A stretch of 64,000 nt of DNA from an uncultured Gammaproteobacteria bacterium (GCA_964488685.1 CAZAVY010000001.1:52462-116461); one strand, 5' to 3'; shown: positions 20,565-28,379, numbered from the stretch's first letter. A program made the numbers and translations. Notes: generated from the letters alone by a model not told the origin.

Positions 20565-22142
20565 ATGCAAAAGGCATTTGGGAAACCGATTGAACATGTG
20601 GTGGATGGCGAAAACAACGCGGTCGAATTTGACGTCGCTTATCCGATCATCGGTGATCCGCAGGTAGCAATTGAACAACTTAAAATTCGACATGGTAACA
20701 ATATCTACCTGCTGCCCATGTCGGGCACCTCGGCTGGTGGAGGCGTTTTCCAGGTCGATACCAAACCACCCGGTCCCATAGTAGGCTTGAAGTTCGATCC
20801 ACCGGCTAACCCGCGAGTTAGTATTTCCGCCCAACCTGAGCTTGCAAAGATCAGCCTCGATGAAATTGTCATTGATCCTGATCATCAGCAGGTAATCGCC
20901 GGCGGATCAATCACCCTGGATCAGATGAACCAGGCGCTTGCCCGGGAACTTGGCCATAGCTTCAAGGTACCCGGGGCTGATTTAACCAGCTATAGGTACG
21001 CAGCGGTCGGGGCCACTTTCATGACCGGGGGTATGGGGCCGCAGCGCAGGTATTTCAGTGATAGCGTAATCGAGATCTCACTCTATAACGGTACCGAAAC
21101 AGTTTCTATCGAAGGTGACAATTTAGGCGGATACGCCGGCACCTATGGCTGGACCGGGATAGTTTGCGCGCTGCGCTGTAACTACTATCGATTTCCTCAA
21201 AACGAAGTGGCGTTTGCACTGCCGGTTCCAGGGACTGGTAAACATATCGCGATGCTACTCGAGCATTTGTCAGCCTATTGTTATTTGAACCTGGAAACAG
21301 TTAAAGTCACTTCGCGATTCGGAACTCACGACCTGATTCTGGGAATCGAACATGTCAGTCGGGGGGCGATGCAACCATTGCTGAAAAGCACCGTCGACAA
21401 CCCGGCTCAAAAGCGAGCCGCGTCGTTATATCAGAAATGCCTGGCTTCAGCCGCGGACGGTCTGGTTTTTATAAACGGGTACAGCGATCAATCCGATGAC
21501 GAATTTTTGTTGAATCTCGCGGATGATCAGCAGGCAGAGGAATTGACAATCGCCGGGATAGGCCTCGAGTTTGCCGAGATTTTCAACGATGCGGAAGAAA
21601 TGCGCGCGGTACGTGAAGCTATCCCTTACGCCGCGCGCACCCAGGTTGCCGGCGGCAGATTAGTCTACCGGAATCACTCAGATGCCAATATCAGGATTAC
21701 GACGGTTGAAATCGCAGGAACGGTTGAGCAATTGTGGCAAATCAATCGTGATTACGTTGCCAGTGTCGAGCAATTTTTTGTCAATACTGCGGAGATTGAT
21801 GGCGAGATTCTGGTTTATGGTCACCTCAATCCCTACGGTGTCGATCCACATAATCGAGTGACGATGAGCAGTGATCATCAGCATGCGTTTGAGTACGGGT
21901 GTGACTTCTTGATCGAGCAGCGCGCGCGATACTATCGCTCCGTGGCCAAAATGTGCAACTCCGGCAAAGCGACATTCATCGGCGGTGAAAAAACTGCCGA
22001 TTCCGAGATTGCCATTTACCGCGCACTGGGAGGACCCGAACGTTCTCCGGCTGCTCTGTTCAAGCGTTTCAAACAACAGCGATCGACAATACGCGCAGCC
22101 GCAACAATGTTCAACTGGCGGGCACCGGAACCCTATATCTAA
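20565..22142 (+). CDS. Divergent FAD-binding (PCMH/VAO-type, GlcD-like) oxidoreductase family protein
   Basis: 525 aa starting 15 nt after glnD. The segment LPMSGTSAGGG...IDPDHQQVIAGGSITLDQMNQALARELGHSF...AAVGATFMTGGMGPQRRYFSDSVIEISLYNG matches the FAD_binding_4 pattern. The C-terminal GHLNPYGVDPHN sits where GHxGDGNxH is normally found. The assignment is from motif memory only. Confidence 0.5.
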   Translation: MQKAFGKPIEHVVDGENNAVEFDVAYPIIGDPQVAIEQLKIRHGNNIYLLPMSGTSAGGGVFQVDTKPPGPIVGLKFDPPANPRVSISAQPELAKISLDEIVIDPDHQQVIAGGSITLDQMNQALARELGHSFKVPGADLTSYRYAAVGATFMTGGMGPQRRYFSDSVIEISLYNGTETVSIEGDNLGGYAGTYGWTGIVCALRCNYYRFPQNEVAFALPVPGTGKHIAMLLEHLSAYCYLNLETVKVTSRFGTHDLILGIEHVSRGAMQPLLKSTVDNPAQKRAASLYQKCLASAADGLVFINGYSDQSDDEFLLNLADDQQAEELTIAGIGLEFAEIFNDAEEMRAVREAIPYAARTQVAGGRLVYRNHSDANIRITTVEIAGTVEQLWQINRDYVASVEQFFVNTAEIDGEILVYGHLNPYGVDPHNRVTMSSDHQHAFEYGCDFLIEQRARYYRSVAKMCNSGKATFIGGEKTADSEIAIYRALGGPERSPAALFKRFKQQRSTIRAAATMFNWRAPEPYI

Positions 22143-22302
22143 CCCGAACATTTCATGAACTGCCGCGATGATTACGCAGGACTTTGTTTTCTCGGGAGAT
22201 TTTCCGAAGAAGTGTCGGACCAATGGATCCGGCCGACTGAGGAAGGTTCCTGAGGAAACAAAGGTCAAGCAAGGGCGCGAGCAGGTTTATGAAATGTTCG
22301 GG
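22143..22302. repeat. 14-bp perfect inverted repeat bracketing the entire convergent intergenic region
   Basis: CCCGAACATTTCAT (22143-22156) and ATGAAATGTTCGGG (22289-22302). Each arm starts at the first base after a stop codon (22140-22142 on plus, 22303-22305 on minus). The flanks extend the pairing imperfectly to about 20 bp. Confidence 0.6.
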
Positions 22303-22536
22303 CTAAGATTTCTCTTCGAAGGTAAAGAACTGGGACAGGTTACCGATGGTGGTGCACCCGATACGCAGCGCCTGTTGTTTATATTCCAGTTCGGATTGAA
22401 TATCAAACTTCCGCAGAAACGCGGAACGACCAATTGTGACCTGTTGAGCCAGATCCTTTGCCTGTCGCCGCAGTTGATTAAAGTCGGGTAAGCTCACCGT
22501 AGCTGAGCGTCGCACCTGGTCGAGCGCTTTCTGCAC
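22303..22536 (-). CDS. Hypothetical small protein (77 aa, GTG start)
   Basis: The ORF has plausible coding composition (MQKALDQVRRSATVSLPDFNQLRRQAKDLAQQV...). I recognise no family. The RBS is weak. Confidence 0.3.
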   Translation of the reverse strand: MQKALDQVRRSATVSLPDFNQLRRQAKDLAQQVTIGRSAFLRKFDIQSELEYKQQALRIGCTTIGNLSQFFTFEEKS

Positions 22537-22677
22537 TATAACTTACCCATGCTGCTACGGGTTTGCAGCGATTCAATAGTTTTCATACCGGGTCACGGTT
22601 TCCGGTTTTATCCGGCCCGCAGTATCGTAGTATATCGTGACTCCATTCGGCAAGCCGGGTTTGCCGACATCAATGCA

Positions 22678-22704
22678 TGGTAGAATCAGCGGCTATATTA
22701 TAAT
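22678..22704 (+). promoter_or_regulatory. Candidate promoter region for the cystathionine lyase / CBS operon
   Basis: TGgTAGAAT (extended -10, 22678-22686) and a perfect TATAAT (22699-22704) lie 20-45 nt upstream of the ATG at 22724. This argues against the longer ORF-track start at 22637. Confidence 0.3.
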
Positions 22705-22723
22705 CCAACAATCGGGCCCCCGA

Positions 22724-23893
22724 ATGAGCGACAACGACAAGCGAGATTTTAAAACCCGCGAGGTACACGCAGGGATCAGACCGGACCCGGTCACTGGTGC
22801 GATCCTGACCCCGATCTACCAGACCACTACCTATGTTCAGGAATCGGTCGATCAGTACCTGGCAAAGGGTTACTCCTACAGTCGCTCCGGTAACCCGACG
22901 GTAACCGCACTCGAAGAAAAGATTACCGCGCTCGAAGGCGGTGCCGGAAGTCTTTGTTTTGCAACCGGTATGGCTGCTACCAGCTGTACCATCATGGCAC
23001 TGGTCGGTAGTGGCGATCACGTAATTCTGTCAGATGTTGTCTATGGTGGAACGCATCGAGTATCGACCAGGGTATTGAATCGCTGGGGACTGGAATGCAG
23101 TTTCGTCGATACCTCGACCCCGGAAAATGTCAAAAATGCGATTCGCGAAAACACCCGCTTGATTTTTACCGAGTCGCCGGCGAATCCGACGCTGAAACTG
23201 ACCGATATCGCGGCGGTTTCCGAAGTCGCGCAAGCAGCGGGCCTCCCGCACGTGGTCGATAACACCTTCCTGACACCCTACTTACAGCGACCGCTTGAGC
23301 TCGGTGCGGATATTACCCTGCACAGCACCACCAAGTTCATGGAAGGCCATAACGTCAGTGTAGGTGGCTCTATCACCGCCGCCGGCAAGGAGCATCTCGA
23401 GCAGATCATGTTCGTTCGTAACTGCATGGGCAGCAATATGACGCCAATGGTCGCGTTTTACACACTACAGGGTATCAAGACCATGAGTACGCGCCTCGAA
23501 GTCCAGTCGGTCAATGCACTGAAGGTAGCTCGCTTTCTCGAAACTCAACCGAGTGTCGAACGCGTCTGCTATCCGGGACTGGAATCATTTCCGCAGAAAG
23601 AACTGGCCGAGCGCCAGGCAAGCGGCCATGGCTCAATGCTCTGGTTCGAAGTCCGCGGGGGCGTCGAATCGGGTAAAAAATTGATAGATAGGCTGCAACT
23701 CTGGAGTCTCGCGGAAAACCTGGGTTCGGTCGAATCGCTGGTCACCCACTCGGTAACCATGACGCACGCCGATATGCCCCGCGAGGAACGTCTCGCGGCG
23801 GGAATAACCGATGGCCTGGTGCGTTTATCGGCAGGCCTGGAATCGGCAGAGGATTTGGTCGCAGACCTTAAGCAGGCCCTGGACGGGCTCTAG
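22724..23893 (+). CDS. PLP-dependent cystathionine gamma-lyase / gamma-synthase family enzyme (Cys/Met metabolism)
   Basis: The protein starts MSDNDKRDFKTREVHAG and carries the family pattern YSRSGNPT...DNTF...HSTTKFMEGHNVSVGG (PLP lysine in TTKF). Pairing with the downstream CBS suggests reverse transsulfuration. Confidence 0.85.
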   Translation: MSDNDKRDFKTREVHAGIRPDPVTGAILTPIYQTTTYVQESVDQYLAKGYSYSRSGNPTVTALEEKITALEGGAGSLCFATGMAATSCTIMALVGSGDHVILSDVVYGGTHRVSTRVLNRWGLECSFVDTSTPENVKNAIRENTRLIFTESPANPTLKLTDIAAVSEVAQAAGLPHVVDNTFLTPYLQRPLELGADITLHSTTKFMEGHNVSVGGSITAAGKEHLEQIMFVRNCMGSNMTPMVAFYTLQGIKTMSTRLEVQSVNALKVARFLETQPSVERVCYPGLESFPQKELAERQASGHGSMLWFEVRGGVESGKKLIDRLQLWSLAENLGSVESLVTHSVTMTHADMPREERLAAGITDGLVRLSAGLESAEDLVADLKQALDGL

Positions 23894-23965
23894 GAGTCTG
23901 CATTCGGCGTGATGGTTAGCAGCATCGAAACCTTCGCTTTTTAACCCTGATCACGGAGATTGATT

Positions 23966-25333
23966 ATGACAATCGTCAATTCTGTACTCGAACTGATCGG
24001 CAATACACCCATTTTAAAGCTGAGTAAATTTGATTCCGGCCCCTGCGAGCTGTTTATCAAAATGGAATCCGATAATCCGGGAGGCTCGATCAAGGATAGG
24101 ATTGCCGTAGGCATGATTGACGCCGCCGAGATGGAAGGCAAGATCGTGCCCGGTGGCACCATAATCGAGGCGACCGCGGGAAATACCGGGCTTGGCCTGG
24201 GGCTGGTTGCCGCACAAAAGGGGTACCATTTGATCCTGGTGATCCCGGATAAGATGAGCCCCGATAAAATACGCCACATCCGCGCAATGGGCGTCGATGT
24301 CCGCCTGACCCGCTCCGATGTACAAAAAGGCCACCCGGAGTATTACCAGGATTACGCCAGGCGCCTCGCCACTGAAACACCGAATTCTTTTTTCATCGAT
24401 CAGTTTTCAAATCCGAACAATCCCAGGACTCACATGATCGATACCGGACCCGAAATTTTAAGGCAAATGGATGGCCGGCTGGATGCGATGGTGGTCGGAG
24501 TCGGTTCCAGCGGAACCGTGACCGGCCTGGGACAGTATTTTCAGAAAGCCGCACCCGGCTGCGAAATGATCGTCGCCGATCCTGAAGGTTCGATTCTGGC
24601 CGATACTATCAACACGGGCCACACGCCAAAGGCAGGATCATGGCTGGTTGAAGGCATAGGCGAAGATTTTCTACCGCCCATATGCGATATCAGCCTGGTC
24701 ACTAAAGCCTATGCGATTAGTGATCGGGAAGCATTTAGCACCCAACGCGCATTGTTAAAAAAGGAAGGCATAATTACCGGATCGTCAACCGGCACCCTGC
24801 TTGCCGCAGCACTACGCTATTGCCGCGAACAACACCAACCCAAACGGGTATTAACACTGGCCGTGGACACCGGCAACAAGTACCTGAATAAATCCTTTAA
24901 CGACTCCTGGCTTGCCGATCAGGGATTACTCGAACGTGAATCTCACGGCGATTTACGCGATCTGATTGCCCGACCTATGAGCAGCGGGGACATGGTTACC
25001 GTAACCTCCGAAGATAACCTGATTACGACTTACAAGCGGATGCGTATGTTCGATGTATCGCAGTTGCCCGTTGTCGACAACGGGCAGATCGCCGGGTTGA
25101 TTGACGAATCCGATATATTACTCGGTATCTATGAAGACAAGGACAACTTCCAGATGAAAGTCTCATCGGTAATGGTAACCGGCCTGGAGACAGTTGCGCC
25201 GGGCGCGAGTATCGATAGCATCGTCGCGTTATTCAAAGAGGATAAGATCGCAATTATTGCCGATGGCGATACTTTTTATGGCTTGATCACCCGGATCGAC
25301 CTGATAAACCATTTGCGCCAGACAACGATTTAG
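23966..25333 (+). CDS. Cystathionine beta-synthase (PALP domain plus tandem CBS domains)
   Basis: The sequence LIGNTPILKL...SDNPGGSIKDR...EATAGNTGLGL is the tryptophan-synthase-beta-like fold. The C-terminal ~120 aa contain two CBS motifs (VSQLPVVDNGQIAGLIDESDIL and IAIIADGDTFYGLITRIDLINHL). The ATG at 23966 has GGAG 7 nt upstream. The ORF track starts at a TTG at 23960. Confidence 0.88.
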   Translation: MTIVNSVLELIGNTPILKLSKFDSGPCELFIKMESDNPGGSIKDRIAVGMIDAAEMEGKIVPGGTIIEATAGNTGLGLGLVAAQKGYHLILVIPDKMSPDKIRHIRAMGVDVRLTRSDVQKGHPEYYQDYARRLATETPNSFFIDQFSNPNNPRTHMIDTGPEILRQMDGRLDAMVVGVGSSGTVTGLGQYFQKAAPGCEMIVADPEGSILADTINTGHTPKAGSWLVEGIGEDFLPPICDISLVTKAYAISDREAFSTQRALLKKEGIITGSSTGTLLAAALRYCREQHQPKRVLTLAVDTGNKYLNKSFNDSWLADQGLLERESHGDLRDLIARPMSSGDMVTVTSEDNLITTYKRMRMFDVSQLPVVDNGQIAGLIDESDILLGIYEDKDNFQMKVSSVMVTGLETVAPGASIDSIVALFKEDKIAIIADGDTFYGLITRIDLINHLRQTTI

Positions 25334-25493
25334 ATTGGCTTCGCCAACCACTACCGCATGATGTTAGCGCATTTCTCACCACCGTTGGTAGCGAGACGGC
25401 GAAAGGTCGTGCCCTGCCTGTATTTCACGACCGAAGCGTGCGCAGACATAAGTTGACACTAGGTTAAGCGCTCCGACCGAGAAAAATGCAGGC

Positions 25494-25517
25494 AGGGTGC
25501 GGCCGTACCCTCATTTT
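25494..25517 (+). terminator. Candidate intrinsic terminator of the CGL-CBS unit
   Basis: AGGGTGC-GGCC-GTACCCT forms a 7-bp stem (one G-U pair) with a 4-nt loop. It is followed by CATTTTG, a short U-tract, so confidence is moderate. Confidence 0.4.
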
Positions 25518-25544
25518 GACTTCCCCGGCAAAACATTATTAAAT
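25516..25544 (+). promoter_or_regulatory. Candidate sigma-70 promoter of the MotA/ExbB-like operon
   Basis: TTGACT (25516-25521), a 17-nt spacer, then TTAAAT (25539-25544), 54 nt upstream of the ATG at 25598. Confidence 0.4.
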
Positions 25545-25597
25545 GCCCCGGCACAGCCAGGTTTTGTAATAGCCTAATTTAACCAGAGATTCCCGCC

Positions 25598-26539
25598 ATG
25601 GAAATTCAGCGTCTACTCACCGGCCTAAGCCTCAAGATAATCATTCAGTTCTGGGCTGTGATCGTAGCCGTAGCGGTGTTGATCGGATTCAATTATGAGC
25701 TGATCTATCCCTTTTATTTTGAAAACCAGCTTACCAACACGGGAATCATTATCAACAGCGCCATTCTCGTCATACTGCTGGTGGGGCTTGGTAACATCTT
25801 TTATCACCTGCTGCGCTATCGGAAGGAGGAGACCGCCATTGCCCGGCTTGTTAAAAACGCCGAGGCATTACAGTCGGATTTGATGATAGGACTACCGGTC
25901 AATTCGATTGTCGCCAGGCGACATGAAACCATGCGCTCGATTGAGAACGCCAGGGGAGAAATCAATCACAGCGCGCTTGCAGCGATGCTGAACGCCGATG
26001 AGTCCACCCACTTCGGACTGATACGGTTTATTAACAATATCCTGATCCTGACCGGTGTTTTCGGAACCATTGTATCGCTATCAATTGCCCTGCTCGGCGC
26101 CTCCGACCTGATCGACTCGGCCGATGCCAGCATCGGTGGTATGGGCCTGGTTATTCATGGGATGTCGACAGCGCTGTCGACCACTATTACCGCGATCATG
26201 GCCTATGGCATTTTCGGATACTTTTACACGCGTCTGAACGATGTGCAAACTCAATTCCTGAGCAGCGTCGAACAACTGACTTCGGTGTATCTACTGCCTC
26301 GATATGTCAAAACAGGTGACGAAATCGTGCATCAGATGAGCGACCTGATTAAATCGGTGATCCTTGCCACCCACAAGCTTAAGCAGACTCAGGACACCTA
26401 TCACGATGCGGCAACGACACTGCAACAGACGATCACCGCAAGTCGGCAGCAAACCGATCAGCTGGCTGATGAAATGCACGGTATCAAGCGGATACTACGC
26501 GAGGGTTTTCGTCTGCCTCCAACCGATAAAGAGCAGTAG
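25598..26539 (+). CDS. MotA/TolQ/ExbB-family proton-channel protein (4 TM in 2+2 arrangement) with a C-terminal helical tail of about 95 aa
   Basis: 313 aa. Two N-terminal TM helices are followed by a soluble loop of about 100 aa. The MotA_ExbB core then reads FINNILILTGVFGTIVSLSIALLGA ... GMSTALSTTITAIMAYGIFGYFYTRLN (compare the family pattern LGLLGTV ... AL.TT..GL..AIP). A Q/L/T-rich helical tail runs to the stop. Confidence 0.8.
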   Translation: MEIQRLLTGLSLKIIIQFWAVIVAVAVLIGFNYELIYPFYFENQLTNTGIIINSAILVILLVGLGNIFYHLLRYRKEETAIARLVKNAEALQSDLMIGLPVNSIVARRHETMRSIENARGEINHSALAAMLNADESTHFGLIRFINNILILTGVFGTIVSLSIALLGASDLIDSADASIGGMGLVIHGMSTALSTTITAIMAYGIFGYFYTRLNDVQTQFLSSVEQLTSVYLLPRYVKTGDEIVHQMSDLIKSVILATHKLKQTQDTYHDAATTLQQTITASRQQTDQLADEMHGIKRILREGFRLPPTDKEQ

Positions 26540-26545
26540 GCGAAC

Positions 26546-27544
26546 GTGGACACCAGTTTCCCATCGATCGGCGGCAGCCATGCCGGACTCGGAGGCGAAA
26601 ACAGTTTCTGGCCGTCATTTACCGATATCATGATGGTGGTGACAATGATCTTCCTGATGGCGACCAGTATTCTGGTGGTACGCAACTGGCAACTGGTTGC
26701 CGAGCTTCGGGAAAGCGTCGCTGCCGAACAGATCGCGAGTAAAATGATCGAGTCCACCTCGCTCGAAAACGCGACACTGGAAGAGCGACTTGCCAACGCC
26801 GAGCAAAGTAATTCGATCCTGCGTCTGCGCCTGTTAAAGAAGGAAGAAGAAATAATCCTTGCGCAGGCTGCGATTCGAGAACAGGAAACCAGCATAGCCT
26901 CGATGGAACTGCGAAACAGCGATTTGCAACTGTCACTGGAGCAAACCCGGTCGCTACTGTCCGTAGCCAACCTTGAAATCGATGCCGTGAACGCGCAATT
27001 TGAGGAAATGTCCCGGCAAGTTTCGGCTTTGAGTCAACAGCTCGCACGACAACAACTGGTTGGCGATCAAGTCCTGGGAGAGCTTGATATCGCCCTCGAC
27101 AAGATTGCCAGCCTGTCGAAATCAAGCGCCTTACAACAGCAAAGCATCAACCAGCTGACCCGGGAGAAGACCTTGCTGGACCAGGAAATCGAGTCCTACA
27201 ATCAGCAGCTACTGACGTTAAAAGGCGACTATGAAACGGTCAGGTCAAAGTATCAAGAGCTGATCAAACCGGCGCGTAGCGCCAAGGGCAAGTTCATCGC
27301 CGAAGTCTATTATGTCAAGGGCGTATCCGGAAACCTGATTCGCTACCGGCAAGCGGGTGATCAGCAATTCAGCAGGCTCAGCCTGGCTGAAGTAGAACAG
27401 CGCCTGACGCAGTTGAAGCGCGAACACGGTAAGGATCTATACGTCAAGATAATCATTCCCGAGGACAGCGGGCTAACCTATAGCGAAGCCTGGGAATTCA
27501 TGCGCAGCCTGCTGGTCAAATTTGATTACTATTACCAGGAGTAA
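26546..27544 (+). CDS. MotB/ExbD/TolR-like single-pass partner protein with a long coiled-coil stalk and a small C-terminal alpha/beta domain (no OmpA-like domain seen)
   Basis: 332 aa starting at a GTG 6 nt after the upstream stop, with AGG 5 nt upstream. No in-frame ATG lies upstream of the TM helix. The N-terminus FWPSFTDIMMVVTMIFLMATSILVV has an Asp (codon 26624-26626) at the position of the protonatable Asp of MotB/ExbD/TolR. About 190 aa of heptad-like Q/L/E/S-rich sequence follow (about 26684-27250). The C-terminus reads FIAEVYYVKG...LYVKIIIPEDSGLTYSEAWEFMRSLL. Confidence 0.7.
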   Translation: MDTSFPSIGGSHAGLGGENSFWPSFTDIMMVVTMIFLMATSILVVRNWQLVAELRESVAAEQIASKMIESTSLENATLEERLANAEQSNSILRLRLLKKEEEIILAQAAIREQETSIASMELRNSDLQLSLEQTRSLLSVANLEIDAVNAQFEEMSRQVSALSQQLARQQLVGDQVLGELDIALDKIASLSKSSALQQQSINQLTREKTLLDQEIESYNQQLLTLKGDYETVRSKYQELIKPARSAKGKFIAEVYYVKGVSGNLIRYRQAGDQQFSRLSLAEVEQRLTQLKREHGKDLYVKIIIPEDSGLTYSEAWEFMRSLLVKFDYYYQE

Positions 27545-27588
27545 ACGGTATTTTCAATCGTTTGACCCGGCAAACTAAGAATTTACCC

Positions 27589-27618
27589 TTAACAGTTGTT
27601 TTTCCCGACTGTTACAAT
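27589..27618 (+). promoter_or_regulatory. Candidate promoter for tRNA-Arg
   Basis: TTAACA (27589-27594), an 18-nt spacer, then TACAAT (27613-27618), 10 nt upstream of the mature tRNA 5' end. Confidence 0.45.
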
Positions 27619-27628
27619 TCCACCTTAT

Positions 27629-27705
27629 GTCCCCGTGGCACAACTGGATAGCGCGACGCCCTCCTAAGGCGTAGGTTGCCCGTTCGAATCGGGCCGGGGA
27701 CACCA
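27629..27705 (+). tRNA. tRNA-Arg (anticodon CCU)
   Basis: A 77-nt cloverleaf folded by hand. The acceptor stem is GTCCCCG/CGGGGAC. The anticodon stem is ACGCC/GGCGT with loop CTCCTAA (anticodon CCT). The T arm is GCCCG-TTCGAAT-CGGGC. The discriminator is A and CCA is encoded. The ends resemble E. coli argW. Confidence 0.9.
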
Positions 27706-27789
27706 TTTAACCTTTTTAAATCAACAGCTTACTTATAATGTGACTTGTCAATTTAACCTCATGTCCTGCCATGCCAATGCGAAATGTAC

Positions 27790-28104
27790 TCAGCCATATA
27801 TAACATGCATCTGATCGAGCTCTTCAGCCATATCCTGCGCAGTATGAAACAAGTCATACTTCTGCTGCATTCCAACCCAGACATTAGGGCCATTACCAAG
27901 AACTTTGCCCAAACGTAGGGCCATAGCAGTGGTAATAGGCCGCGCCTCATTTAAGATATCGTAAAGCATCGGGCGCGATATATTGACGCTTCGAGCAAAC
28001 TCAGCTTTGGATACACCCAGCGCTGGAAGTACATCTTCGCGCAAGATCGCACCAGGATGAGTCGGGGCCCTGGTTACCGCCCCCCTTTCGTATATTTTAG
28101 TCAT
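27790..28104 (-). CDS. higA: HigA-type antitoxin (XRE-family HTH)
   Basis: 104 aa. HPGAILREDVLPALGVSKAEFARSVNISRPMLYDILNEARPITTAMALRLGKVLG is the HigA/VapI HTH pattern. The start shares 1 nt with the higB stop (TAATG). Confidence 0.85.
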   Translation of the reverse strand: MTKIYERGAVTRAPTHPGAILREDVLPALGVSKAEFARSVNISRPMLYDILNEARPITTAMALRLGKVLGNGPNVWVGMQQKYDLFHTAQDMAEELDQMHVIYG

Positions 28105-28379
28105 TAGTGATAATCCTCTAAGTTAATGTGAATGGCGTCTTCAGCTTTCCATGCAAATGTTATGCGCCAATTACCGTTAACGCTCACACTGTAGCGCTTT
28201 GGCTTGCCTTTAAGCGGATGGAAATCCCACCCGGGTATATTCATGTCTTCAGGTTCCAAAGCAGCTTCAAGAGCATCCAACAAACGAAGGCATTTATCCT
28301 TTTGCTGAGCTTTTACCTTTGCGCTGTTGCCCTTTTCGAATAATTGCTTTAAGCCTTTGTGCTTGAAGCTTTTGATCAT
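28104..28379 (-). CDS. higB: HigB-type toxin (RelE/ParE superfamily, plasmid maintenance system killer)
   Basis: 91 aa. MIKSFKHKGLKQLFEKG...LDALEAA...DMNIPGWDFHPLKGKPKRYSVSVNGNWRITF is the classic HigB signature. The toxin-first gene order is typical of higBA. Confidence 0.88.
   Translation of the reverse strand: MIKSFKHKGLKQLFEKGNSAKVKAQQKDKCLRLLDALEAALEPEDMNIPGWDFHPLKGKPKRYSVSVNGNWRITFAWKAEDAIHINLEDYH

Noticed and set aside
25405-25503. Possible riboswitch or attenuator. The hairpin GGTCGTG...CACGACC (25405-25432) competes with long-range pairing of GTGCCCTGCCTG to CAGGCAGGGTGC (about 25488-25499).
   Set aside because: - The best promoter for the downstream operon lies after these elements, so they would sit in the 3' UTR of the CBS transcript.
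- I recognise no riboswitch consensus.
- The downstream half is better explained as the terminator stem.
26458-27125. Two minus-strand ORFs (170 and 165 aa) inside the MotB-like gene.
   Set aside because: They are antisense to the heptad-rich stalk region. They have a Ser/Arg/Ala-rich low-complexity composition and no start context. The plus-strand frame carries the TM-Asp signature.
25598-27544. I considered calling the MotA/MotB-like pair a Zorya (ZorAB) defence system.
   Set aside because: - No ZorC/ZorD/ZorE-like gene follows; a tRNA does.
- Protein A has only a tail of about 95 aa rather than the very long ZorA tail.
- Protein B shows no OmpA-type peptidoglycan-binding motif.

I kept it as an unclassified motor-like pair instead.
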